Virus record (IMG/VR): IMGVR_UViG_3300032285_001177
Length of the DNA: 64,000 nucleotides
Origin: a virus
Reading direction: 5' to 3' (one strand)
The notes under the pieces were generated by a model. That model had not been told where the DNA came from, did not search any database, and saw only the letters and a list, made by a program, of their open reading frames with translations. Positions within the stretch are counted from its first letter, which is position 1, and every line of letters begins with the position of its first letter. The translations under genes were made by a program, and so were the position numbers. Positions 46,395-55,126 of this stretch are shown piece by piece.

Positions 46395-47165
46395 TTATAT
46401 CTCCATAAATTTTAATTTAAAAGATCCGTGTTGAGATTCTTTTGGATATCCACGTGGATTACACACTATGTTAGTGATACCTATCGTGTAATCAAATTCA
46501 TCGTGCATATGACCATGGACCCACAACTTTATCTTATCAGCAAGCTCCATCATGAAGTCGAGCTCAGAGTGGAATGCACCGTTCATAAGCTTATCATGTT
46601 TATATCTAGGATGGATGCTCTTATTAGATGGAGCATGATGAGATACTACGATCACATCTTTATCTTTACTATTTTCTATAACGTGCTGGATGTACTTAAC
46701 AGCTTTATCGTGTTCTCTAGTAGATTGAAGCGGAGTTAACTTATAGTAATTAACGCTATCGTTATACTTAACGATCCTAAAATCAGGCATAAATTGCTCG
46801 GCTTGAGCCATCGTTTCATAGCAGCCTTTGTTCATGTCCGTCCATAGAGTAGAGCCCACAAAAACTTTATCATTAAGCTCAAAAGTTTCATTATCAAGTA
46901 CATGGATATTCTCCCATACAGCTAATGCTTCTTTAAGATCCTTGACAGTATTATTAAACGTATAGTTGTAGTGCTCGTGGTTACCTACCACATACACCAC
47001 ATGTTTAAACTGTTCTGCACACCCTTTAAAAAAATCTAAATAATTAGTGATGTGTTTAACCACACAGATATCACCTGCGAGAATAAGCACATCAGCGTTC
47101 TCGGTATTAGTTAGTTTAAGCGGGACAAATTCAAGATGCAGATCAGACGCGATCGCTATCTTCAT
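46395..47165 (-). CDS. Metallophosphoesterase
   Basis: SDLHLE, LAGDI, GNHEHY, HHAP, HGHMH, NPRGY. Confidence 0.9.
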   Translation of the reverse strand: MKIAIASDLHLEFVPLKLTNTENADVLILAGDICVVKHITNYLDFFKGCAEQFKHVVYVVGNHEHYNYTFNNTVKDLKEALAVWENIHVLDNETFELNDKVFVGSTLWTDMNKGCYETMAQAEQFMPDFRIVKYNDSVNYYKLTPLQSTREHDKAVKYIQHVIENSKDKDVIVVSHHAPSNKSIHPRYKHDKLMNGAFHSELDFMMELADKIKLWVHGHMHDEFDYTIGITNIVCNPRGYPKESQHGSFKLKFMEI

Positions 47166-47485
47166 TTTATCTGACCTTCATGAACCATCTCTTCGAATAG
47201 ATTCCATAGTGCATCAAACCTATCGTTATAGTAATCTATTAAATGATCGATCTGTCTGTTGTTGATACCATTAATGCCACGATTTATTGACTTAAGATCA
47301 TCGATGATATTAGCAAACTTAATTAGTTCTTGCTCAAAGTCAAAGCGATCTTGTTTTGGAGGAGGGAAGTTAGTGTTGATTAAGTTCTCTGCCTCTTCTA
47401 GCTCAATAGCTAGTTGTTTCATTTTGCCCATGATACTAACCCCACTACTAATATAATTAAACCAATTGCTATACATATACCGCAA
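47162..47485 (-). CDS. Hypothetical protein
   Basis: ORF track; probable start at MGKMKQ. Confidence 0.5.
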   Translation of the reverse strand: MRYMYSNWFNYISSGVSIMGKMKQLAIELEEAENLINTNFPPPKQDRFDFEQELIKFANIIDDLKSINRGINGINNRQIDHLIDYYNDRFDALWNLFEEMVHEGQIK

Positions 47486-47628
47486 AAGTTTATATCTTCT
47501 TTATGCATAGGTCGATAGTCACCGATACCTGCTTCGCGTGCTGTGCGTGGAAATCTCCAATTATTTGGATCTCGATTTACGTCTCGATGTCCACCCCAAT
47601 TATCTGTTCTATCGTCTCTCCAACCCAT
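47419..47628 (-). CDS. Small protein with C-terminal TM
   Basis: RFPRTAREA motif; AGGAG RBS. Confidence 0.55.
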   Translation of the reverse strand: MGWRDDRTDNWGGHRDVNRDPNNWRFPRTAREAGIGDYRPMHKEDINFCGICIAIGLIILVVGLVSWAK

Positions 47629-47789
47629 TACTTTCTCCTATTTTTTTAAACAAGACCACTTAGCTTCGTGCTTAGTAAATTCCCATATCCTTGTACCAGC
47701 GATCTGACAGTTCTCTCTTGTCTCGAACTGTTCTATAGTTAGCTGTTGTCCAGGTGTATAGTAGATACTAAATACAATTAAAACCCACA

Positions 47790-48158
47790 TTACCCGCGCC
47801 TCATCTTACTGATATCGACAGCGTCCTCAGGTGAAAAGATCGGCACAGCATTAGATTTATGTAGTTGACCAATACCGATCATAGCGTCACCAGTATACTG
47901 CATTACGGGCTTTTTACCAGTCCCGCCTGCTCCAGTATCCAAACTAGGTATATGCTTAGTGCTACGGCTAGGGTCCACGATAACACGAGGATGATCCAAG
48001 CTGATAACACGGGATGGTTTTTGTACCACCGTTTTAATAGGTTTAATATCATATTTGTCCAATAATGCTTGCCATGAAGCCTTTTGTGCCCGTTGCTTGG
48101 CATTTGGCTTTTTAGGCTTGCGCTTAGGTATATAAGGATGAATTATCATAAGAACCAT
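47790..48158 (-). CDS. Conserved hypothetical T4-like protein
   Basis: YTGD..IGIGQLHKSNAVP motif; promoter TGTACA-N17-TATAAT at 48157-48185. Confidence 0.7.
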   Translation of the reverse strand: MVLMIIHPYIPKRKPKKPNAKQRAQKASWQALLDKYDIKPIKTVVQKPSRVISLDHPRVIVDPSRSTKHIPSLDTGAGGTGKKPVMQYTGDAMIGIGQLHKSNAVPIFSPEDAVDISKMRRG

Positions 48159-48191
48159 TATACCCTAACTGCTATTTAATGTACATAGGCC

Positions 48192-49244
48192 CTATGCGAA
48201 AAAATCGGCCAGGCCCCCGGGGGCGGCCTTTGGGGTGTTCCAGTCCAGGCCCTGCCAATGGGGGTAGGAGGCCCTGGACAGGTGGACCGACTTTGGCTTC
48301 TCCATGTACTCGAAATCAAGCTCGCCAGCAGCATTGATCATATGGTCCACCCACTCATATACCGGGGCCCCCAGGCGGATAAGTTCTTCTTTAAAGATCT
48401 TACGAAGGTTATCACGTTCTTTTTGTGTACCAGTATATGCTACACCTTTGTAGTATCCAGTCTTTGGTAGTACACGAGACTCGTTCTCAATAGGTAACTG
48501 TTCCCATATTGTGACCTTAGCTCCGTACAGTTCTTCTATGCGTTTACATTCTTTAACATAACTAGCTGCAAGATCCTTTGTAGATTGTACAGGATCAGGC
48601 ATACGCATGAGGTGATGGCGTATATCGATGTTACCAAAGTAAACTTCTATCTCAGAGTACTTTCCTTCTGGAATAAACTTATCAAAACCCATCTTAATTG
48701 CGCCGTGTAATGTCTTAAACGGCGTGGAGACGTTCATCCAGCCTGGACGATACATGCAGATGGCATGAGAATCACCTATCGCAATCTTATCATAACGCTT
48801 GGCAAGATTTGGATCAAGCGTCTTTGCTTTTTGTTGTATGGCTTCAAGGTTACCCCAATCGATCTGTAACCAATCTTTATTTAGTTTCTTACCTTCCTTA
48901 CGGGCTTTGTCTACACGCGGATATAACATGCTATGATAATCTGGCATGTCGATAGCAAGAGACCATACTTCACCGTTAAAGTTAGATAGAGCTATGATGT
49001 AGTCTATGTTAGCATAGTTCTCCAACCCACCGAATAAGTTTAATGATCCACCCCAGTCATTACCATGATAGAGAGCAACTATATCAAACTCGTTATAGTC
49101 GTATAGCTGGTTACCAGTCATGTGTACAGTTACATCATAACCTGCATTTCGTAACTGATCCGCATAGATGATACCTTGTGCAGCTTTATGAGATGCGATC
49201 TTATTGGAAACTGGCGAGAGTGGCTGTGTGAGTAATACTTTCAT
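48192..49244 (-). CDS. Uncharacterised enzyme in the DNA-modification cluster
   Basis: IGDSHA, FGNIDIRHH and SVHL motifs resemble SGNH/GDSL blocks; last gene of a coupled operon. Confidence 0.55.
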   Translation of the reverse strand: MKVLLTQPLSPVSNKIASHKAAQGIIYADQLRNAGYDVTVHMTGNQLYDYNEFDIVALYHGNDWGGSLNLFGGLENYANIDYIIALSNFNGEVWSLAIDMPDYHSMLYPRVDKARKEGKKLNKDWLQIDWGNLEAIQQKAKTLDPNLAKRYDKIAIGDSHAICMYRPGWMNVSTPFKTLHGAIKMGFDKFIPEGKYSEIEVYFGNIDIRHHLMRMPDPVQSTKDLAASYVKECKRIEELYGAKVTIWEQLPIENESRVLPKTGYYKGVAYTGTQKERDNLRKIFKEELIRLGAPVYEWVDHMINAAGELDFEYMEKPKSVHLSRASYPHWQGLDWNTPKAAPGGLADFFA

Positions 49245-50103
49245 CTTTTTTCCATTTTCTATATGAGTCTGTGTTGTCAATGATACTATAATCGTTTAGT
49301 ACCGGATCTGTTCCTACGTTCCACATTAAGATGTTCCTTCCTGTGTTCTTAGGTATATATTTCCAAACCTTAGCATCGTATGTACGTACTGTTGGGAATG
49401 GTGGTAAGTTCTCAAGTTTTTCTGGTGTTGCAAACTCAAGTGGTTCTGATATAAACTCTGCTCGACCTAACTCACCTTCCTGTAAGTTACGAGCTACTGC
49501 AACTGAATGGAACTTAGCATTTGGCCATGCAATCTGTAATGCTCGTGATAGTACACCAGTACTTATAGCTACATAAACTTCATCCGGTTCAGGGATACGA
49601 GATGCTGCATACACGATACCAGCAGTCGCTAGTTCATGCTTCAAACCAAGTGGGATGAAGGCATAACCGTTTTCTTCAGCGTATTTTTTAGCAGCGAGGT
49701 TTAGGTTAGGCATCGCTGCTATCCGTTCAAAGTGTACCTCTGCTCCACGTTCAATACAACACGCCTGATGGTGTGATATCTGCTTGGATGATGGCATAAA
49801 CAACACGATCTTTTTACCATGTATCTTTGCTACATCACACAGAGATACGCCAGCAAGCCCAACTCTTGGTTGTACATAAACTAATGTATCGTTTGGGATC
49901 TTGGCTGCAAGCAGATCACCAGCTCTTGTCTTTGTACCAACGATGAGGTCATCACGTACTACACGAACACCTTCATGCTCAATAACAACTGGATCTGGGT
50001 TATAGGGCGTCCATCCTTCACATAGAGATAGGTAATACTCTTTGGCCTCGGGCCATGTCATCATGCCTACTTCTTTGTTTATACCTTCAACGTATGTTCT
50101 CAT
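49201..50103 (-). CDS. PLP-dependent enzyme (fold type II)
   Basis: VVRDDLIVGTKTR (PLP Lys), VAISTGVL phosphate loop, YDAK.W. Confidence 0.8.
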   Translation of the reverse strand: MRTYVEGINKEVGMMTWPEAKEYYLSLCEGWTPYNPDPVVIEHEGVRVVRDDLIVGTKTRAGDLLAAKIPNDTLVYVQPRVGLAGVSLCDVAKIHGKKIVLFMPSSKQISHHQACCIERGAEVHFERIAAMPNLNLAAKKYAEENGYAFIPLGLKHELATAGIVYAASRIPEPDEVYVAISTGVLSRALQIAWPNAKFHSVAVARNLQEGELGRAEFISEPLEFATPEKLENLPPFPTVRTYDAKVWKYIPKNTGRNILMWNVGTDPVLNDYSIIDNTDSYRKWKKDESITHTATLASFQ

Positions 50104-50294
50104 GCTCTTCTCTTAAAATACCTTCTCCATAATGCAGATCTAATTATACTTACTGCAGTGAATATCAACGTGATACCCATACTATCCCAAATTGTAGGAT
50201 GTAATCCAAACCATGGGAATATGGTGATCTGTATTAGTAATGATAATATGAACCCGCTACCAACATCAATAAAGCTTTCTATAAAGTGGTTCAT
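50100..50294 (-). CDS. Small two-TM membrane protein
   Basis: ES..DVGSGF...IFTAVSIIRS..WRRYF. Confidence 0.65.
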   Translation of the reverse strand: MNHFIESFIDVGSGFILSLLIQITIFPWFGLHPTIWDSMGITLIFTAVSIIRSALWRRYFKRRA

Positions 50295-51280
50295 TCTTTT
50301 CTCAAGCTAAATGTTTCAGGGAATATCCAATTATATGGTATACGTTTTGTTGGTGACTTAACACCATGACTAATAGCAATATGTTTATAGAAGAAGCAAG
50401 TCTTGTCTTCTATGTTCAACATCTTTTGTGATGTCATTGGGTTGCGTGGATCATCTCTTAGCTGATGCATCTGTGCTAACCATAACTCACCGTTCTTGTT
50501 CTTAGGTATGAACTGACCATCTGGATCAATCTCATATTGTACCTTACCATTGAGGTTTACACCAAAGATCTGATGCATACCATCAAAGTGTCCTGTACCA
50601 CCAAACAATACTGACTCAGGATCTACGATGTCTGGATATGCCATGGCCATGTATCGTGCAGTGTTCTTGCATGGATACAATGGACTACGGAAGTTTTGCT
50701 TCTCTTTGAAATACTTCTCAAGCAGTTTGGCATACTCCATCATCGTGAATGGTCGTTCAAGCCTATTACGATGTGTTTCAAGGAACTTCCACATATCCTC
50801 TGCGGCAGCTTTAGGACCATCGATCAACCAATCTTTAACTAATGTGTTCTTAGGATAGTAGATTTGGAATAGATCGTTACGTGCATGCCTGTGTTCTTTA
50901 AAATGTTCTCTAAGATTCTCTGGACCTTGATACATCAACCGTGTTAGTGTACCCCAATGTTCGTTACTAAATGAAAACGTTAGTGTGTACCATAACCTAA
51001 GCTTAGGATCTGTTACCTTCTGCATGATCTCACAGAACGGATGCTCGTGCCAATGAAGTCTATGTGAAAAGATCTGGTAATCTTCTGCTAATAGTTGGTC
51101 TCGTCTAAGATCAAACTCTTGACAAAACTCAAAGAACTTATCAAGCCTTTGGTCTAGTGTCCAATCCTTCATCCACGACTCTGTCGGTTTACCATCTTTT
51201 AATACAACTGGAGATGTACCTTTGTATGTAATGTTTTTATATTCAATGCCACTGATGAATTGTGCTAAAGTGTTTTGCAT
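50291..51280 (-). CDS. aGPT-Pplase-like (HhH-derived) DNA base-modification protein, tentative
   Basis: ARYMAMAYPD.VDPES..FGGT.H...NIEDKTCFFYK; similar to the neighbouring paralogue. Confidence 0.5.
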   Translation of the reverse strand: MQNTLAQFISGIEYKNITYKGTSPVVLKDGKPTESWMKDWTLDQRLDKFFEFCQEFDLRRDQLLAEDYQIFSHRLHWHEHPFCEIMQKVTDPKLRLWYTLTFSFSNEHWGTLTRLMYQGPENLREHFKEHRHARNDLFQIYYPKNTLVKDWLIDGPKAAAEDMWKFLETHRNRLERPFTMMEYAKLLEKYFKEKQNFRSPLYPCKNTARYMAMAYPDIVDPESVLFGGTGHFDGMHQIFGVNLNGKVQYEIDPDGQFIPKNKNGELWLAQMHQLRDDPRNPMTSQKMLNIEDKTCFFYKHIAISHGVKSPTKRIPYNWIFPETFSLRKE

Positions 51281-52431
51281 AGTTCCTTATATTGATCTAC
51301 TGTCATATTATGTATCTTCAAGACATAATCGTCTGAAGGATGAGCTGTTAATCTATTGAATGAATCTATTAGTTTAAGATCAAGCATTGCTTTCTGTCTA
51401 CCGAATGGATGATCTAAGATCTTACATGATGAGAATATAACATCACGATCTATATGGTTGTAGTCTGCTCCAGGTCGAACATAGTTTTCTACCCAACGAA
51501 TGAAGTCACAACACACATCTTCTGCATTGTATGGATATGCACCAGTCTCTACATAGATCCGTTCCATAACTTGATCAAGGAATTCTTCTTGCTTCATCTT
51601 ACTTAATGGTTTAGCAAGATACGAGATACACTCTACTGCATTCGTACCGTAGTAGAACGGTGACGTCTTATCAACATATCGCGGATACCAATCTGCAATA
51701 TCTGCAACAACTGCTGCATACTGGAAGTGGTACTGTCTAAGATCATTCTTAACATTCCAATCCAACATGAATGAACCGATCTCTCTTAATGATCGTTGTC
51801 CACCTTGTTCAAGGAACTCTGCAAGATCTCGAGCTAGGCGTGGAGCAAACTCTGATAGGTAGTAGTCTCCTCCTTTTTTATATCTTGATCCAGCTGGTGG
51901 TTTAGGGAATGCAGGGAACTGGTAACCAACAGAAGTATAGAATGAAGATGGATAGTTGTTCACCATCTCGACCATGTCTTCGATGCTATTACATGCATGT
52001 AAACCAAACAGTATGGTATTGTGGTACCCACTAGGTTTTGTACTGTAATTAATCGCAGATCCACATACACGATGTAGGATGAAGATGTACAACCATTCAG
52101 GTAAACCAAAATCTTTTTGTTTTCCTGTCCAGTTCTTGGCTACAGTCTCACGTTGATGTGTAACCTTACCAGCTTTCATCTTTTCCCAATACGGATGATC
52201 TGATGTCCATCCATAAAAGCAGTCGTTAACGATCTGCGAGAATCCTGCGTACTTACGTTCGACTACATCATAAAGCTCAATGTGGTGCATAAGATCATCA
52301 CCAACATTTGAATCTAAATGAGGTACCATCCCGTAAGGAGGGTTGAGAGACACGTTACATTTTTCTTGCTGATCCTTTGCAAGTTTAAAGTATCGAATGT
52401 ACTCATCATAATACTTGGTTGTTTCAATCAT
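51265..52431 (-). CDS. aGPT-Pplase-like (amino acid:DNA transferase family) protein, tentative
   Basis: FQYAAVVADIA...YYGTNA..CI...NAEDVCCDFIRW resembles the F...D...G.GA...E..LCE..KY pattern of this family. Confidence 0.55.
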   Translation of the reverse strand: MIETTKYYDEYIRYFKLAKDQQEKCNVSLNPPYGMVPHLDSNVGDDLMHHIELYDVVERKYAGFSQIVNDCFYGWTSDHPYWEKMKAGKVTHQRETVAKNWTGKQKDFGLPEWLYIFILHRVCGSAINYSTKPSGYHNTILFGLHACNSIEDMVEMVNNYPSSFYTSVGYQFPAFPKPPAGSRYKKGGDYYLSEFAPRLARDLAEFLEQGGQRSLREIGSFMLDWNVKNDLRQYHFQYAAVVADIADWYPRYVDKTSPFYYGTNAVECISYLAKPLSKMKQEEFLDQVMERIYVETGAYPYNAEDVCCDFIRWVENYVRPGADYNHIDRDVIFSSCKILDHPFGRQKAMLDLKLIDSFNRLTAHPSDDYVLKIHNMTVDQYKELCKTL

Positions 52432-52828
52432 TTAAGTAATCTCTTAATCTCTGTAGCATAGCTGCTTCATATTTAGGGTCATTTAAGTTACGGTTACGTG
52501 GAGACGGATGATCGATCTTAAAATATGGGATCTTATACTTCTTACATACACGTTCTACAAACCCACCTAATGCTATGATCTTCTTTCTTCCATGTGTTAC
52601 AGCATACAACTTCCTATACTGTACATCTTTAATGTCATAACTATTAATCTTATCTGGTATCACGTTATGAAATGCAAAGGCATGTACGTCGACAGACTCT
52701 AACCATTTGCTCAGACGTGAGTAAGTACCATTCTTATTTGGTTTTGTATTTGATGATGGACATTGTCCTAAGATCAAGATATCACCAGAAGGCTTATGCC
52801 CTTCAATAAAGTCTGGTACTGATTTCAT
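52424..52828 (-). CDS. Uracil-DNA-glycosylase-superfamily protein
   Basis: ILGQCPS (motif A), IIALG, HPSPRN (motif B); promoter TTTACT-N17-TATAAT at 52835-52863. Confidence 0.7.
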   Translation of the reverse strand: MKSVPDFIEGHKPSGDILILGQCPSSNTKPNKNGTYSRLSKWLESVDVHAFAFHNVIPDKINSYDIKDVQYRKLYAVTHGRKKIIALGGFVERVCKKYKIPYFKIDHPSPRNRNLNDPKYEAAMLQRLRDYLND

Positions 52829-52864
52829 AATATAATTATACCCTATTGGGTATTTAAAGTAAAC

Positions 52865-53167
52865 TTATTTAGTTGGTACTGAGCCAGCTGGAGCAACAAC
52901 GATGCCTGAACCGTAGATACGATTGTATTCGTTTAATAGTTCTTGCTTAACATCTGTGATCGCTGCCATTGATGAATGATACACCGCAACTGTACCTTCA
53001 TGATAAGGCATGAACGGTGAGAAACCTACCGATACTGTACCTTCTTTTGTTTGGTGATAGACGAGTGTCACACCATCTTTGATAACTGTAGCACCTTCGC
53101 CTACAGATATGATTGACGCGATGATCTCTTCACCGCTAGTAAACTTGATTAGCTTAATGTCCGCCAT
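52865..53167 (-). CDS. Conserved hypothetical T4-like protein (Sm-like fold)
   Basis: IKLIKFTSGEEII...PFMPY...Y..IYGSGIV. Confidence 0.7.
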   Translation of the reverse strand: MADIKLIKFTSGEEIIASIISVGEGATVIKDGVTLVYHQTKEGTVSVGFSPFMPYHEGTVAVYHSSMAAITDVKQELLNEYNRIYGSGIVVAPAGSVPTK

Positions 53168-53378
53168 TTAATTCATCCTTTAAAATAATAAATTCAATAA
53201 AATCTGCTGCTTGTCCTAGATCTGCAAAATGCTTTACAAAGAACTTATCAACATCCATCATATGATTGCCTATCACCATAACAGACATATTTTTAAGTAC
53301 TGAAATCTTCAGTTGAAAGTTACCCTTCCGTAGGAACGGATAAGAAACTAAATCTTTGATCAACTTTTCTTTCATCAT
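53154..53378 (-). CDS. Hypothetical protein
   Basis: Start placed at MMKEK. Confidence 0.55.
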   Translation of the reverse strand: MMKEKLIKDLVSYPFLRKGNFQLKISVLKNMSVMVIGNHMMDVDKFFVKHFADLGQAADFIEFIILKDELNGGH

Positions 53379-53387
53379 ATATTTATG

Positions 53388-53409
53388 AGAGGGGAGATTG
53401 CTCTCCCCT
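53388..53409 (-). terminator. Hairpin after hsp20 (possible terminator or processing site)
   Basis: AGGGGAGA-GCAA-TCTCCCCT on the minus strand; no clear T-run. Confidence 0.5.
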
Positions 53410-53415
53410 ACCCTT

Positions 53416-54009
53416 TTAACTATCCATATCGTACTGTTGACCAAAGACGTGATTAGCATCTTTAGCGTGGTCAGTCATTATCTCAGAAGTTCCAGCTGAT
53501 ACTGAATACTTATTATTCAAGTTATCTCTTTCATTTAAGAGTTCTCTAACACGGTCGATACCAGTGGACGGCGTTAAGCTGTCTGTGATCTCGATCTGAC
53601 GAGGCTTCTTAGATTCTGGGATAACATTCTCAAGAGCGATACGTAAGATACCATCCTTAAATTCAGCTCCTTGTACCTCAACGGTTTCAGCAAGCTTGAT
53701 TGCTTTTACGAATGATCTTGTACCGATACCCTTATGGATGTATTGTACGTCGATGTCATCAGCATTCTTTTGGCCTTTGATCTCGAGTAATGCATCTTTG
53801 AGGGTGATAGTTACCTCTTGCTTATTAAACCCAGCGATAGCTAGTTCAACGATGTATTTGTAATCGTCTAGTTTAATAATGTTATGAGGTGGGAAGGATT
53901 GGTTCTGGTTCAACGGAGCCGCAAGTAGATCGTCGATCTCTCTTAGCATGTTTTCAAAACCAATAGTTTGCGGCCAGATAGGGCCAAATGATACGTTTGT
54001 AGTACGCAT
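53416..54009 (-). CDS. Small heat-shock protein (Hsp20/IbpA-like)
   Basis: FPPHNI...ELAIAGF...YIHKGIGTRSF...GAEFKDGILRI.LE..IPE.KKPRQI. Confidence 0.93.
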   Translation of the reverse strand: MRTTNVSFGPIWPQTIGFENMLREIDDLLAAPLNQNQSFPPHNIIKLDDYKYIVELAIAGFNKQEVTITLKDALLEIKGQKNADDIDVQYIHKGIGTRSFVKAIKLAETVEVQGAEFKDGILRIALENVIPESKKPRQIEITDSLTPSTGIDRVRELLNERDNLNNKYSVSAGTSEIMTDHAKDANHVFGQQYDMDS

Positions 54010-54015
54010 TGCTTT

Positions 54016-54065
54016 CTCCTTAAATTAAGCGAGTTTAATAAAATCCTACCCCCGAAGGCTGTAGG
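54016..54065 (-). promoter_or_regulatory. ROSE-like RNA thermometer in the hsp20 leader
   Basis: CUCGCUUA-AUU-UAAGGAG pairs the SD with a bulged G in UCGCU; upstream hairpin with a UUCG loop. Confidence 0.6.
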
Positions 54066-54215
54066 TTGGTAAAAACTTACCGTTATTATTTATCTACTTC
54101 GTCACTTACTTCAGCACTTTTTTCAGGTTCGTATTTACGATCCTGAGGGACTGTACCATAACCCACCATTTTATCCCATTCTTGCTCAGTCAACTTAGTG
54201 ACCTTATCAATGACC

Positions 54216-54446
54216 TCAGATAGCAACGTCATCGATGATATCCTTTAATGCTTGGTTAATTGGCTTATAACCATAATAGTTAAGCTTCTCTGCTTTGCGA
54301 TCTAAGAAGTCTCTACGCTTCTCAATATCTCTTGCTCGCCATGCAGCTTCTAAGATCATATGGTATGTGTTACCGCCATATGCTTCAACAGCCTTTGCTA
54401 CATCAATTCTTGGCAGTTCAGCTGCCCTCTTTTTGACTTGTTGCAC
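54216..54446 (-). CDS. RNA polymerase omega-subunit-like protein
   Basis: PRIDVAKAVEAYGGNTYHMILEAAWRARDI...KPINQALKDI parallels RpoZ (R..V..AV...NRF.L...AA.RAR...K....AL.EI); GTG start after AAGGAG. Confidence 0.65.
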   Translation of the reverse strand: MQQVKKRAAELPRIDVAKAVEAYGGNTYHMILEAAWRARDIEKRRDFLDRKAEKLNYYGYKPINQALKDIIDDVAI

Positions 54447-54624
54447 ACCATGCTCCTTCATAATAACGTTCAAGTTTACCTTCATGGTTAAGTCTTTGAT
54501 CGCCGTTTTGCGGCTTATCAGTAATCTTAACCGACCAATCAATAGCATCGAACCCTTTATCAAAAGCTTTTGAAGCTCCCTTAGAGATTATGCTATCTCC
54601 AGTAATATCATTCTTTGCTGCCAT
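54418..54624 (-). CDS. Hypothetical protein
   Basis: MAAKNDITGDSI.SK phage motif. Confidence 0.6.
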   Translation of the reverse strand: MAAKNDITGDSIISKGASKAFDKGFDAIDWSVKITDKPQNGDQRLNHEGKLERYYEGAWCATSQKEGS

Positions 54625-54793
54625 TTAAACCCCATTTAATCTTAAGCCATGCTCTTTCATGGATATAATACCAAATTAATAACACTAAATGTATTTCAAT
54701 CGATGCCGTTAATCCTATCCACAGAGCTGTTATTAGGATAGACACTACACGATAGATTATGGACTTAAGTAAAGTCCTTGCATGTGTATCCAT
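54608..54793 (-). CDS. DUF2061-like small membrane protein
   Basis: RTLLKSIIYR...YYIHERAW.KIKWG. Confidence 0.65.
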   Translation of the reverse strand: MDTHARTLLKSIIYRVVSILITALWIGLTASIEIHLVLLIWYYIHERAWLKIKWGLNGSKE

Positions 54794-54858
54794 TACTTAG
54801 GCAGTTTGTCTTTTTTTGGACGGCCTTTAGATTCTTTTTTCTTATCGCGGTTACCCAT
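54793..54858 (-). CDS. Basic micropeptide (21 aa)
   Basis: MGNRDKKKESKGRPKKDKLPK; AAGGAG RBS; TAATG coupling to the next gene. Confidence 0.55.
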   Translation of the reverse strand: MGNRDKKKESKGRPKKDKLPK

Positions 54859-54868
54859 TATCTTCTCC

Positions 54869-55126
54869 TTAATATAATTTTTTAGGCATCTGAGTAGATG
54901 CTAATTTTTTCAACCAACGCTTACGGGCTTGGCCCTTAGCTTTCTTACGACCTACACACGGCTTCTCATACTCCATGCGATCCTTTATTTCCTCTAGTAA
55001 ACCAGAGTCTTGAATTTTCTTTTTAAACTTCCTAAAAGCTTTCTCAAATTGACCATCAGGTACATCTACAGCCAGACCGAGTCTCTCTTCAACTTTTGGT
55101 TTGAATCTTTTCTTAAACTCAGCCAT
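54869..55126 (-). CDS. rpsU: Ribosomal protein bS21
   Basis: FEKAFRKFKKK...GLLEEIKDRMEYEKP...RKKAK..ARKR. Confidence 0.88.
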   Translation of the reverse strand: MAEFKKRFKPKVEERLGLAVDVPDGQFEKAFRKFKKKIQDSGLLEEIKDRMEYEKPCVGRKKAKGQARKRWLKKLASTQMPKKLY

